From the NCBI GenBank assembly GCA_951406725.2, contig OX597829.1, forward strand, positions 2,976,001 to 3,040,000: a DNA stretch of 64,000 bases, in the 5' to 3' direction. This DNA is from Octopus vulgaris. Its lineage: Eukaryota. A model generated the notes under the pieces. It saw nothing but the letters and a program-made list of their open reading frames with translations. It had not been told where the DNA came from and searched no databases. Position 1 is the first letter of the stretch, and each line of letters begins with the position of its first letter. The position numbers and the translations under genes were made by a program. Below are positions 1 to 15,163 of the stretch, piece after piece.

Positions 1-602
1 ACGAAAGAAACAAACAAATACATAACCAAAACCATAAAAATGCACAACATACCATAACTAAGTACTGCACGTATATTACTGTAAAACTCCATGTATAATG
101 TGCATTTTTGCATCAAATCAAGATTAAAATTAGGGGTGTGTATAATACATGGTATTTGGCTGCAAAGTTTTCCCCATCTGCTTTTATTGAGAAAAGGACC
201 AAAATAGCATAATAAAGATTTGTTATTTCTAGAATTTTCTTTTTCATATACCAATATACATTATATAAAAATTATATGTAAATGGTATTATAGGTTTTTG
301 AAACAATTTAGGCACCAGACATTGAGATGTGTTCCATAGCTGTGCATACCCAAGGCCCATTGATCTACATTTGATAACACAGTGAAAGCATAAAAAAAAA
401 TAAGTGAATAATAATAATAATAAATAATAATAATAGTTTCTGCTATAGGCACAAGGCCTGAAATTTTGAGGGAAGGGGCCAGTCGATTACATTGACACCA
501 GTACATAACTGGTACTCAATTTATCAACTCCAAAAAGATGAAAGGCAAAGTTGACCTCAGCAAAATTTGAACTCAGAATATAATTTTGTCCAGCATGCTA
601 AC

Positions 603-647
<45 letters not shown>

Positions 648-1222
648 TTCAAATATAGGTACAAGACTCCAAATTTGGTGCAAGGGAACAGTTTGGTTAT
701 ATTAGCCCCAGAACTTGACACATATTTTATCAGCATAGAAAGATAAAATGCAAAGTCAATGCTGGCTGAATTTGAACTCAGAACAAAGAAACCTATCGCA
801 CAAATATTACTAGACGTCTTAACTACTGCTCTATCTCTTCTGCCAATACACTGCTCTATTAGTAACACTGGTAATATCTAATAATAAATTCTGTATTTGA
901 TGAAAAAGGTGAAAGAATTAATAACGATAATTATAATAAACATCATTATTTATAATAAATTATTAAAGTTTTGCCACATTGTTAAAATGCCATGGATAAA
1001 ATACAGTGAGCAATGAGATGTTGTGATGTTTAGCTAAATGTAGTAAACATGGAAACATCTAAGTCTATTTATTTATTTATTCAGCTGTTTGTTTATTTAA
1101 TGCTTTCTGGCAGAGCAATGTTCGCATGAGAATTTTAAACTGGAATTTCAAAGAATATGTATATAAAATATAGAGATATAAATAGATATTAGATTAAAAT
1201 GTATATATAGATTAAGTGACAT

Positions 1223-1259
<37 letters not shown>

Positions 1260-1266
1260 TTTTTTT

Positions 1267-1413
<147 letters not shown>

Positions 1414-1885
1414 TATATGGCATTGGTAAAATATATATTATAGTTGGAAATAATTTTTCATTTTGGTAAAAGTTTTAGTTGTCCCCTGTTTGAGTTTACT
1501 GTCCCCTGTTTAATGAAACTCATTTCTGTTAAAGCTAAAATGCAACCTTGTATTGTTGTCAGTGAGTAAAACACTAAGCAAATGGAAATGTGTAGGAGTT
1601 GGTCTTCATTATTATATTATCAATATTCAATTACTTTAACTCTGGTCCATTGTCCTTCATAAGTTATTAGATAAAAATTACAAACTATTGAAATAATATA
1701 TACATACATATACATACACACACACACACATTTATATATATAAACGTAGTATGCATATTTGTGTGTGTGTGTGTACATATATATTTATATATATATATAT
1801 ATATAAATATATGCATATATATATATGTATACATATGTATATATATGTATACATATATATATATATATATATTGCATATATATAT

Positions 1886-1931
<46 letters not shown>

Positions 1932-2841
1932 AGCACATATATCAGTTGATACAATTTAAAAATTGAGGTACTAAATTTTTTCTGGGTTTTTTTTTGTTGT
2001 TTTTTTCAATTTTTTGTTGTTTTCCCTTTTTTTAATGTACCCGAACTATGGACATGATAAAAAGTCTAGAATTCCAAAATTTTTCTGAAATATGTTATGA
2101 AACATAAAAAGAAACTAAAGAAAAAACACAGAAATAAAAAGGAAGGTAAACAAGTAATTAGAGCAAGTTTGGCAAGTGATTTAAACGCTGTGCTATATAA
2201 GTGCAACAGGTTGAAATTTGTGTCTTATATTCAGTTTCTGTGAAAAACACTAAATTTACAACTTACAAAAAACATTTCTCCAAATATTGGTATAAATTAT
2301 TAAATATGTTTTGATTTTACTTCGGTTTTTTTTTCACTAAATTAGTTTTTTTAGTATTTTACAATAATTTTCATTTGTTTGTTTTCTTTTCATTTTCTGT
2401 TTTATACTTTTATTTTTTCTTTCTTTTTCTTTTTTTTTCTTTCAAAAGTAAATAAGTTCAGAAAAAACAATTTCCAATTAACTTAATTTATTTATTTATT
2501 CAGTAATGAATCAAATTATATGCCTGGTATGTGTAAATATGTTTCATTTTCCTTTTTTTTTTCTTTTTTTTTTTTGCTGTTGTTTTTAAGTAAGATTGCA
2601 ATTTGGTATGAAAGCTTATCTACATCATCTCCCCTGATTTCTCATAATTATGTGGCTGAATAGTGCCAAAAAAATTCTTCATTAGGAATAGGATGAAATG
2701 ATGTTTGCTTTTTGCTACTTGAATAAGATACAGTCCCATTTAAATATGGGTATGTTTATGTATATTTATGAGTGTGTGCATGAATGTGTGTGTGTGCGTG
2801 TTGAAACACATACACACACACATATATATTTATTAGGTTAC

Positions 2842-2913
2842 AGTTAACAGTGACTTCGAAGTCACCAGACTGATGATGGCAAGCATGCCAAAATTCTTAA
2901 GCCACTGTCAGCT
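2842..2913 (+). ncRNA. Degenerate type I hammerhead-ribozyme-like motif in a (TA)n-flanked repeat
   Basis: CTGATGA (2870-2876), T, GGC-aagcat-GCC stem, then AAAA in place of GAAA. Outer pairing agttaacagtg/cactgtcagct. Probably inactive as written. Confidence 0.35.
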
Positions 2914-3028
2914 ATTTCCTTGTAAAAACAGATCAATGTATACTCTAAAAATACAAAAAAACATTGAGTAATCTTGCACTTTAATGGTAAATTGTTAATA
3001 TATGTAATTTTACATAAGAACTAATAGT

Positions 3029-3090
<62 letters not shown>

Positions 3091-3797
3091 TGGATATATA
3101 GATAAATAAATAAATAAATACATAGACAGATAGATAAATACATATATACATATATATGCATATACATCATATGGATATTTCATACAACTATTTGTTTCAA
3201 CATCAATTAGCTTTTCAAGTATTTTTTCTTATTAAAATTTTAAATTCTATTTGTTAAGATAAGAATCTTATTTCTTATTTCAACATGCAACATATGAAGA
3301 TGGAAAAAATTCCTAAGGACACCAATCATGAGGAAACTAGTTGTTCTGTATGTAACAATGAAATATCCAGTTAATAAACACATGTTTGGCATACTCTGCA
3401 TATTTGCATTGAGTTCTCCTTTCCTTAATACTGCTTCATATACAGTATATATATATATATATATATGTATGTATTTATCTATGATATATATATACATGCA
3501 TGCATAGAGAGTGTATGAGAGAGAAAGAGAAATAAGCATAAACATATATGTTTATATAAATATATGTAGATGTATACACATGTGTGTGTGTGTGTGTATA
3601 TAATTATGTATATAAGTGCATATAAATATGTGTATGTGTATGCATGTATATGTACAGAGATATATAAATATATATATATTTACATATCTCACACACATAA
3701 ACATGTGTATATATATATATGTATATTATATAGATAGATAGATATACATACATATATACATACATATACATACATATATACATACATACATATATAT

Positions 3798-3852
<55 letters not shown>

Positions 3853-4191
3853 GTATATATATATGTATTTCATTATCATTATGAAAAATAAATTTTAATT
3901 TTTTCTTTTGCAACTTTGCTACAAACACACAACAAAAACAACATCAAGTGTTTTAGTAATACAAAGCCTATACATAAAGGCAACAATAGCCTTCTTATAT
4001 ATATCTATATGCGGCTCACAAAATTTACAAGTGTTTTTGAGATGCAGAAGAATGTTTGATTGTAGAATTTCCCAGAAAATCAAAAATAATTAAATATGCT
4101 GCCCATCCTAGGATGTATAATGACATACATATACATATACGTACATGCATGCATACAAAGAGACATGTGCCATATATATATATATTTACAT

Positions 4192-4232
<41 letters not shown>

Positions 4233-4542
4233 CACACGCACACACATATATTTCAATACTTATAAGCATACATATATAAATACAGATAGACATGCATACA
4301 TACATGGAAATAAAGCCATTAGTACAAGATTTTAGGAAAGGTAAAGAAGATAAAGTACAGTAGAATGTGGTAGAGTACAAGGAGGTATAAGATAGTTTAA
4401 TATTCCATAATAGGTTTATGGATATAAAAGTTTTAAATTTCACAGATATAAAAGTTTAAGAATATAGAAACTATTTGAGGATATAAGAAAGGTAGGTACA
4501 TGTGTAGATAGACAGATAGATAGAGAGACAGACAGACAGATT

Positions 4543-4593
<51 letters not shown>

Positions 4594-4704
4594 CAAACAG
4601 ACAGATAGATAGACTAATGATGTTATCCTCTTATCTTACTATACTCTAATGGTGTTGCCTGAGATACACCAGCACACACACATACACATATTTACATACA
4701 TACA

Positions 4705-4764
<60 letters not shown>

Positions 4765-4796
4765 CATATGATTATATATGTATGCATACATACATA

Positions 4797-4836
<40 letters not shown>

Positions 4837-4881
4837 AAATTATATATATATATATATATATAATTATATATATACATATAA

Positions 4882-4921
<40 letters not shown>

Positions 4922-5396
4922 CGTGCATGTGCGTGTGTGTGTGTGTGTGTGTGTGATGAGTAAAGGCTGCATGTTCCTTTGGATAAGGTAATTTATGGGC
5001 AAAGTGTTTTGTCTGCTAAATTCATATCGGTGAATGTTTTGTTGTATTTCCTGACAGAACTTTCAGATCTACATTAGTTGAGTTTAAAAACATTCAGTAT
5101 TGTTACTACTTCATATAGCTTGAATCTGTTAATTGTTAAATAGTTTGAAAGTTAACATCTTAAATAATTCAAGTGTTTTAATATCTAGAATATTAATATT
5201 TGAAATGAATTAATATTAAAGATCATAAATTTATTAAATTTCACATGAAGCTTTTAAATATCATGAAGTCTTAACTGTTACAAAAAGATTCTGAGTTCAA
5301 ATTATACATGATATGATTATCAATATTAAAGATTCTGCTAGCTCACTATCTAACAAGAGTCATAAATATTTCATGAACATAAGTGCAGCAAGTTAA

Positions 5397-5617
5397 CCCT
5401 TTTGTTACTGCATTTATTTTGTGATGTTCTGTGTTTCTTTCAATTAATTTTAAATATAACAAAGAATTTAGTAAAATAACTTAGTTATCATTAAGCAAGT
5501 GTTAGGAACATAAATTGTGACTAAGGTTTGGTGGAAGATTTTAATTCAGAACTTACAAAAACAAGTTATTTGTACTCAGAGCCAGAGCCGGATTCAGCCA
5601 GGTTGGTAATGAAAGGG
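5397..5617. mobile_element. piggyBac-like MITE (TTAA target duplication)
   Basis: TTAA|CCCTTTTGTTAC...GTAATGAAAGGG|TTAA. The body is the reverse complement of the 23700-23921 copy. Confidence 0.8.
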
Positions 5618-5691
5618 TTAATGTAAAATAGATATTTGTCCAAGATCCAAATTTAAAGACCAATATTTATCTTCAGTTTCAAAAATATTAA

Positions 5692-5929
5692 CCCTTTTGA
5701 TATAAACCTATCTAGAATTAGTTCTGGTCAATAGAAAAAAATCTCTTTGCTTTAAAGTAATCTTAGTTAAAACCTTCCATCAAAGTTACCTTGCAGCTTT
5801 TGTTCTAAGCACCAGCTTAATGGCAAACTATTTTTCATTAAAAAGTTTTTAAAATTATTCCTTGTATTATTCTAAAAATCAATTGGAGAAAAGGTAGTTT
5901 ATTCCAACAGAAATATGGTAGCAAAAGGG
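5692..5929. mobile_element. piggyBac-like MITE, diverged copy in opposite orientation to its neighbour
   Basis: TTAA|CCCTTTTGATA...GTAGCAAAAGGG|TTAA. Shares caacagaaatatggta with the 23.7 kb copy. Confidence 0.75.
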
Positions 5930-6383
5930 TTAAATATTTGAGGGTTATGATCCTCAGATTTTGGTATTCTTTTATATTGATTTACTTCTTGGATACTAAA
6001 CCTACGGTATATGATTCCAGTTACCAAACAGCTAAATAAATTGTTGGCATGTAGAATTATGTTTTACCAAGAGATACAGTGGAACATACAGCAATGAATT
6101 TTGAACTCAAAACTTCTTGGCTTCAATGTAAATCATTTACCATCTCAAATTTTTCGAGAGTATGTGAAATATTATGGCAGTACTTGGTAGCGCCTAAGGC
6201 TGTTAACATATGTTATTGAATGGGAAGAATTCAATATAGAATATGATATGCAAATGTTAAAACTGCTGCAAAGTTTGCAATATTTACCTGTAATTAAAAA
6301 AAGAATTACTGGTGATAAATTACTGTGAGAATATAAGTTGATAAATGTGAAGTGCGAAAAGGTGTTCACATGAAATTTAAAGA

Positions 6384-6419
<36 letters not shown>

Positions 6420-6842
6420 TTGCAAGGGAATTTTTTTCCATTGAAAATGATAAACAAAAACAGGTTTCTTTTGTTTTGAATAATTTTAAATTAAAATAAC
6501 ATCAGAAAATTTTATGTGTATAAAGATATATATATGTATATCCAGTTATTTGTATTTGTGTAACATTTCTCCATTTTTTTCTGTCCTTGTTTTCATATAC
6601 ATTCGCTGCTTTCTTCTAAGGAATCTAATTCTCTTAGCTTAGTTTTTCCTTGGGACTGGCCAGATTGGAGCAATCTCGAGTATTATCAGCTGAAATTGCA
6701 AAGATAATCTGGAACTCAACTGAGGAAAGAAAACTCCAAATGACCCAGCCATGTTTTCTTTGTATCGTCTATCTGGATGTTTTCTTGTCCCTTTCTTGTA
6801 TCACCTAACTGTGTGGATGTTTTGCGTTCTTGTCCCATTTTG

Positions 6843-6901
<59 letters not shown>

Positions 6902-7246
6902 AGGTTAAAATAACCATCTAAGGGATAAAAGTATGCATTATACTACCAGTATATTACCTATATTTAAACATGGGCAAACAAGTTATGCTCATGAATTATA
7001 GGTACAGACAAGGATAAACAGGAGTTCATCAAGAATCAAAATATAGAGAAAACAGAAAATGAAGAAAAATAATTGATGAACAACAATTGATTTGCATCTA
7101 CTATTATTCATTAATTATTTAGATTGGATGCAGTCGTTTTGTAAATAATTAACAAATAATAACTGATGCAAATCAATTGTTATTTATCAATATTATCTCC
7201 ATTTTCTGTTTTCTTTAAAATCTATCTATATATATATGTATATATA

Positions 7247-7356
<110 letters not shown>

Positions 7357-7904
7357 ATATATAAGTATGTATGTATGTGTACATATATACATATATATAT
7401 ATGCATGCATGTATATATACATATGTATATATATATATATGTGTGTGTACATGTGTCAGTGTGTGTGTGTGTCTGTGTGTGTGTGTAACAATAATTTGGA
7501 TAATTATGGTAAGTACAAATCAAAAGAGAAAATAATAGATTTTAAAAATTGTATTTTCATTTATAAACCTTTTTGTTGGGTTTTCTTTTGACATTTAATA
7601 AAACCGTTGAAAAATATATTTCTTAAAATAACAAAAAATAAACAAAAATTCCTTGAACAAAATGACAGAGAGGAGAATAAATATTTAAATATTTTCAGTA
7701 ATTAGAAATAACAATTCTTGAAATAGTTGCCACATGATAAAGTTTTAGTTAAAATGGATAAAGAATTCTTAATATAATCAGTGCTTATTACTGATAAGGT
7801 AACCCAAAAAAATAATTCATATAAAAAAAATTATAAATATTTTGAGGAATTTCACTACCAGGTGCAGTGTGTATTTATGTGTATGTGTGTGTTTGTGTGG
7901 GTGG

Positions 7905-7953
<49 letters not shown>

Positions 7954-8245
7954 CATTCAGGTATGTGTGTATGTGTGCATGAATGAAAAATGATAACATT
8001 AGTGTGTAAGCATACAGATAAGAAAAAAGGGAACTTGATACTCTGTACAGAGTAATATTCATTTCAAGATTTTAAAAGATTAATATATGGATGCAAATCC
8101 TAGTATATATATATATATATATATAGTAAGTATACAACTAAGAAAAAGGAACTATATATTTATATATAATGACACACAAACACACATATATGCATATACG
8201 CATGTATTTTAAGAGTTGTCAGTTAGTCTGTCTGTGCATATATAC

Positions 8246-8290
<45 letters not shown>

Positions 8291-9618
8291 CATGCATGTG
8301 TGTGTGTGTGTGCGTGTGTGTGTGTGCGTGTGTGTGTGTGTGTCTTTCCTGCATTACTGAAGAAAGATTTGAGTGCTGCATACGCATACTACAACAAAAA
8401 CAAGAACCTGGTGTTATACATCAAGTAAGATATTAGAGAATTCATAAGATCTGTACATGTATATACATGCGTACATACATACATATATATATATATATAA
8501 ATATATATATACATACACACACATACATATTTACATGTATAAGCATAGGTGTACATACATATATTATATCGATACTTATACACACATGTATATTTGTATA
8601 CATAAATATAACAGTGGTGCCCCAGCTTTGAAGCTGAAACAATTTAAAGATTTATATGCATATATAAGCGTACACATATATATTATATTCATTTAGGAAG
8701 ATGTGTTTTTATTTATGTCATCAGGTACGTGCATGGATGATGAGTGAGTGAAAGTAGAAACGTTTCATCACTGTTTTTGTATACCAGTAAGAAACAAGAA
8801 CCCAATAATATGTGAAGAGTTATATATTTATATGCATGTGTGAATATATATATAGAAATATATATATATTCTCATACTTGATAGGCTAAACAAATACACC
8901 AATTTTATTTTAACTGTAAATCATTCATAGTTTGTGAAAGTATGTATGGAAAAGTACACACAAACATTTTCGGGTTACTGCATTTTTTTTTTCTTTTAAT
9001 ATAAAAAATGTTGGATTTTGTTAACTGTTATCATCATAATGTTTACAGTGCTACATCAGCAACTCTTGCTTATAAGAAGAACCATAGCCCTTCATAATAA
9101 TTCTCACAGTATTAGTACCATAACATGTTTGATCAAACATCTGGAAGAAAGAGAAATTGTTTTTTCATAAAAGCCACCTGTGCTTGGCTGACCCTTAATT
9201 CTGTTAGAATTTCGATTAAAGAATTTGTAAATGTGGATAAAGAAGGAAAAGAGTCGAAATCTATCGAGACATGTAAGCAATTTGTGGTTCCCATGTGTTA
9301 CAAATATTCCACAACAAAGAATTTGCAAGAGATTTTGCATAATATTGATTCTAAGCAAGTCAACAGACAACAGAATTTCTAAGAACAAATTAATTAAATT
9401 TAGTGTGTGTCATTATTAGAACAAAAATGTGTGTATATATGTATATATGTGTGTGTGTGTGTAGATAGCTAGATAGACAGACAGACAGGAAGACAGATAG
9501 ATAGAGAGACAGATATACTTGCTGATGTGTGGCAATTAACTAGCATTTAACTCTGAAGATGTACAAATAACTAAATACCTCTATCAATCTAACCATAAGT
9601 GTATATATATATATATGT

Positions 9619-9656
<38 letters not shown>

Positions 9657-10171
9657 AGGCATACATGCATATGTAAGTATATATACATATATTTGTGTAT
9701 GTGTGCTGCAGGTGTATATGTATGTCTGTGTATACATATGTATATATGTACGCATGTATGAATATGTATGTATGTTTGTATGTATGAATATGTATGTATG
9801 TATGTATGTATGAATATGTCTGTATGTATGTATGTATGTATGTATGTATGTATGTATGTATGTATGTATGTATGAATGTATATAGTGAGCTGAGAATGAT
9901 ACACGATTCAAATCCTGCCAAGTTGGCCTGGCCATGATTTGAACTGAGAATGTACAGGGCTGAATCATTTACCATAGTTCTGTCAGCCGTTTCACCTCCA
10001 TAAATTAAGTACCAAGTACCAGACACAGTTCTCTCCCCTTCTAGCTATCACATCTTCAATGTTCTAGGGGGACTAGAAGGGGAGAGGGGTGTCGAGGGGC
10101 TGTTAAGGGAGTATTTGTGTCTACTCAAACATAAAAGAACATCAAAAACAAAAAGGGGTACTCTCTTTTAC

Positions 10172-10589
10172 TTTCTTTTACTTGTTTCAGGCATTTGACT
10201 GCGGCCATGCTGGAGCACCACCTTTAGTTGAGCAAATCGCCCCCATGACTTATTCTTTGTAAGCCTAGTACTTATTCTATCCGTCTCTTTTGCCAAACCA
10301 CTAAGTTACAGGGATGTAAACACACCAACATCAGTTGTCAAGCGATGTGGGGGGGGGGGGACAAACACAGACACACAAACATACACTCACACACACACAC
10401 ACACACGCACACACATATATATAGATGACGGGCTTCCTTCAGTTTCCGTCTACCAAATCCACTCACAAGGCTTTGATCGGCCCGAGGCTAGAGTAGAAGA
10501 CACTTGCCCAAGATGCCACACAGTGGGACTGAACCCGGAACCATGTAGTTGGTAAGCAAGCTACTTACCACACAGCCACGCCTGCACCT
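10172..10589 (-). mobile_element. tRNA-derived SINE family A, full-length
   Basis: Reverse-complement match along its length to 63229-63635. Confidence 0.88.
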
Positions 10590-10878
10590 CCTGTGGTGTA
10601 TGTTTATATCAAAACCCACACTCAGTTATGAGTGACAGTTGTATCACACACTCACATACATATACCTATATGTATTTATACACACACACACACACATATA
10701 TTATATATAAAAATCTGCTTTCCTACCCACATTTGACATTCATACCTCTATGACTACCACCACCAACAAAAATCCAGATTGTCTCTTTTTTCCCCCCATC
10801 ATATGTTCCTCATCCTTGCCATGCACTATGCTTGCCTCTCTCTTAACCCAACTGCATTCTTGCAACCCTAACCAAACA

Positions 10879-10913
<35 letters not shown>

Positions 10914-11263
10914 CATCCATCCCCTTTATCATCAGTTCTGCCCTTCACTTATCCCTATCTCTCCCAACTCATATGCATCATTGGTCACCTCTGCCACCCC
11001 CCACCCCCCATTATCCATTTCTCACTTTCATCCACCTTTTGACACTATTCCATCTCTACAGTTGTCACCTACACTTTTTTAACTCCTCTATTTTTCATCA
11101 CTCAACACTTGTTCTTCATTTATTATATTTACATCCTGCTTCACCCATTCCTCTATCTCACACCTCGACAAACGGGAACGTATAACTCTGAGTAACAGCT
11201 TTTGTTATATTTCTGCTGCTTTTAAGTAAAGTAAGTATATATATATATATATATATACATATA

Positions 11264-11567
<304 letters not shown>

Positions 11568-11606
11568 AGATAAGAAAATGGAGATGTATATACAAAAAAT
11601 GATAAC

Positions 11607-12094
11607 CTAAGTTTCATAAGCTCATAATTAACCCTGTAGAAGTCCATATAGTATGCTTAGAATTTCTGATCAACTAGGAAATAGTACTGAAACATATACG
11701 TAGGTTCTTTAATTTTATTTTTTTAGCTTTACAACTTATAATCAATTTATTTGTACTGTTATGCCTTTATAACATATAGATAAATTATTCATGCATCCAT
11801 TTTTTTTCCCTTTTCTCTTCCTTCAATACATATACATAAAAATATATATAACTATATACGTATAATAATTCAGTTTTGGTGATTATTAATTAATTATTAA
11901 TAATAATTTATTTGGATGTTATAAAGGCATAACAGTACAAATAAATTGATTATAAGTTGTAAAGCTAAAAAAAAAAATTAAATTAAAGAACCTACATATA
12001 TGTTTCAGTATTATCTCCTAGTTGATCAGAAATTCTAAGCATACTATATGGGGTAGGACTTCTACGGGGTTAATTATGAGCTTATGAAACTTAG
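11607..12094. repeat. Long inverted repeat (arms about 185-190 bp, spacer about 110 bp)
   Basis: 11607-11789 is the reverse complement of 11902-12094 with a few substitutions and small indels. Confidence 0.93.
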
Positions 12095-12389
12095 ATGTGT
12101 GGGTATTCTATTTCAGATTATGCAAAAAATAACATGAGTATATCTGAAGGTAAACTCTTGGTATCCATTGCACATCAAGAAATAATACTTTAAAGGATAA
12201 AACCAGTACACCAATAATACATACATACACACACAATATACACATGTGTGGGTGTGGGTGGGTGTTACGTGTGTGTACACAGATGCACACATTTTTATAA
12301 TATGTTTTAAGCAAATGTTTAACTCTTTTCTTTTTTTTTTTTTTTTTTGACAGACAAAAGAAAAAAATATTGCAACCAATTTGCATTTC

Positions 12390-13475
12390 AAGCTGTGGCA
12401 GATCTGAAAAAAACAAATAATCAAGTAGTTAAATCAATGACAACAGCAGCACTGATGACGAAGAAGATGATGACTCAAAAGCATTGCATACAGCAGAATA
12501 CAGTAAGTGCAAAATATGCAAAAGTAAGGGAAATAAATAAGTAAACTCACTGTCTCTGACTGACCTGTCTCAGCTAAGAAATAATACATTTGCAAGCATG
12601 AGAGAGTTGGGGGTCTTTCATAAACTGGAAGATAAGCCAGCATTATGAAATACAAATAGAAAGGAACTGGTGTAAATATACACCAGAAAAGGTCTCTGAG
12701 AATAGCAAAGTAACAACAATCTGTTATATGCCATTACAGATACAGATAGAGAGATCAAGGTTAACTGGCCAGATATTACTATTACAGATAACAAAAAAAA
12801 ATATGTTCTAACTGAAGTCTCAGTCCCAACAGACAATATTGTCTCCCAAAGAATAAGAATATAAAGATCTGGAAAAAAAAATAACCTAAACAAGATGACT
12901 AGAAAAGAGAAATAACTCTTATAATAGTAGCAATAACTACAACAACAACAATACTAAAGGTTTCAAATTTTGGCACAAGGCCAGCAAGTAAGTTCAAATA
13001 AGAAAGTTAATTACGTAGACCTCGTTGCTTAACTAGTACTTATTTTATTACCCATGAAAGGATGAAAGGCAAAAATCAACCTTGGTGGAATTTGAACCTA
13101 GAAATTAAGAATAGACAAAATCTCAGTAATCGTTTTACTTGGCATGCTAATAATTCTGCCAGCTTGCCATCTTTAAAACAACAACAACAAAAATAATAGC
13201 TGCCTTTGAAATAATAAAAAATATAAATACATGCTGACAAATATATAACCAAAACCTCAGGGCATACAAAATATGCACAACATAAAGAAAACAGTACTAT
13301 AGGCACCGTACATTGTAGAGTATAAACTAAACATTGTACAAATATTGCTAAGAGTTCTTTCAGTACTGTAGGCATAACAAAACTAATAAAAGAAAAATTT
13401 TGCACATTCTCAAGGCACACAGAGCTGTGGTTCCATGTATTGTGAAGGAAAAAAACAAAATATAAGACTACTGAA
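12390..13475 (+). mobile_element. Highly decayed Dong/R4-type LINE 3' fragment split by a SINE (about 12960-13170)
   Basis: Nucleotide similarity to the 41.9-42.8 kb copy (gagagttgg..., tacaccagaaaaggtc, ccagatat, caaggcacacagagctg). It ends in the same ...actactgaataataata 3' terminus. Confidence 0.7.
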
Positions 13476-13674
13476 TAATAATAATAATAATAATAATAAT
13501 CCTTTCTACTATAGGCATAAGGCCTGAAATTTGGGGAAGTAGAATGGTCAGTTACATCGATCCAGTGCATGACTGGTACTTATTTCATTGACCCCGAAAG
13601 GATGTAAACAAAGCCAATGAAATGCCGCTAAGCATTTTGCCTGGCAAGCTAACAATTCAGCCAGCTTGCCCGCC

Positions 13675-13711
<37 letters not shown>

Positions 13712-13714
<3 letters not shown>

Positions 13715-14985
13715 TAAAAGCAGAGAAAAAAGCAAAACAAATGAAGAAATACAAAAAGGACATGAAAAAGAATTACGCAAGAAGGGACTACACAATCAAT
13801 TCCATGCAGCCACAACAGAAGTTGCTGGAAAATATAGGTGAGATTGGCTGATGAAAGGTATCCTAAAAAAGAGACCGAAAGCACTAAACAGGCAGTGCAA
13901 GACCAAGCTTTGGGCACAAACTGGAGGTTTAACCTTAGGAATGAGCAAGTGTTTCCATTGTGTTGCATTTGTAATAGAGTGGATGAAACCATTGCCCATG
14001 TTATGAACAAATGCCCCAGACTTGCCCAAGACCACTACAAGTTGTGGCAACATGACCAGGTAGCGAAAGTGCTACATTGGAAACCGTGTGAAAAGTGGAG
14101 CTAGAGAGAGGTAAGATGTGGTGGATGGAAGCACTCCGTCAGTTACGACGACAGGGGTTCCAGTTGATCCGAATCAACGGAACAGCCTGCTCGTGAAATT
14201 AACGTGTAAGTGGCTGAGCACTCCACAGACATGTGTACCCTTAACGTAGTTCTCAGGGATATTCAGCGTGACACAGAGAGTGACAAGGCCGGCCCTTTGA
14301 AATACAGGTACAACAGAAACAGGAAATAAGAGTGAGAGAAAGTTGTGGTGAAAGAGTACAGCAGGGATCACCACCATCCCTGTCGGAGCCTCGTGTTTTC
14401 GCTCAATAAACACTCACAACACTTGGTCTGGGAATCGAAACCGCGATCCTACGGCCGAGAGTCCGCTGCCCTAACCACTGGGCCATTGCGCCTCCACTAA
14501 TATGTGGTATGAGCACAGACAACAGAGAGTGGCAGAATTGGAGTCTAGCAAAAATCATCTTGGATTTCCCAATCGAAACAAATTAGGTTCTATAGCATAG
14601 CAACCTGGACCTAGTGTTGGTGGACAAGATGCACCACATGAGATATGTAGTTGATGCTGCATGACCCTTTTGACACACGAATAGTCAAGAAGGGAGGCGA
14701 AAAGATAGACAGATACAACCCTCTTAAGTATGAAATAGCCTGGCTATGGAAAATAAAGAAGGTGAAGATAGTGCCAATTATTTTTGGGTCCTTGGGAATA
14801 GTATAAGAAGGCATCATGAGGAATATAAAGGAAATTGGAATAAAATGCGCCTGGTAGAACTGTTACAAATTAGCATGGCCAGAATAATCAGGAAAGTATT
14901 AGATAGCTGGAAAGAACAAACAGCATGGTACCGTAGGCTGCAGGCAGTAAGTCCACAATGCATGTAAGACTCCATGAGCTCCAAC
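13712..14985 (+). mobile_element. Decayed Dong/R4-type LINE 3' fragment, interrupted by a SINE at 14123-14501
   Basis: Reads KKETES...AVQDQALGTN, CCICNRVDETIAHVMNKCPRLAQ, HDQVAKVLHWK, then WYEH and RLE remnants with frameshifts. Flanked by (TAA)n and (GAT)n. Confidence 0.85.
14123..14501 (-). mobile_element. tRNA-derived SINE family C inserted in a Dong LINE
   Basis: Head ggaggcgcaatggcccagtggttagggc...ggtttcgattccc. The duplication atgtggt lies at 14116-14122 and 14502-14508. The same head occurs at 53775-53949 and a related head at 16210-16440. Confidence 0.82.
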
Positions 14986-15093
14986 AAAACCTGGGATAAA
15001 GAGATGATGATGATGATGATATTTAAAGAATCAATGTTACTCTTCCAGAAAGTCGCACTCTTCTCAATAATAATGATAATAATAATAATAATG

Positions 15094-15163
<70 letters not shown>

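Noticed and set aside
9040-9419. Non-repetitive ORFs at 9104-9419
   Set aside because: No recognisable domain or convincing splice sites.
12117-12149. Possible 33-nt plus-strand micro-exon (tttcAG...GAAG|GTaaac)
   Set aside because: No partner exons were found, and such signals arise by chance.
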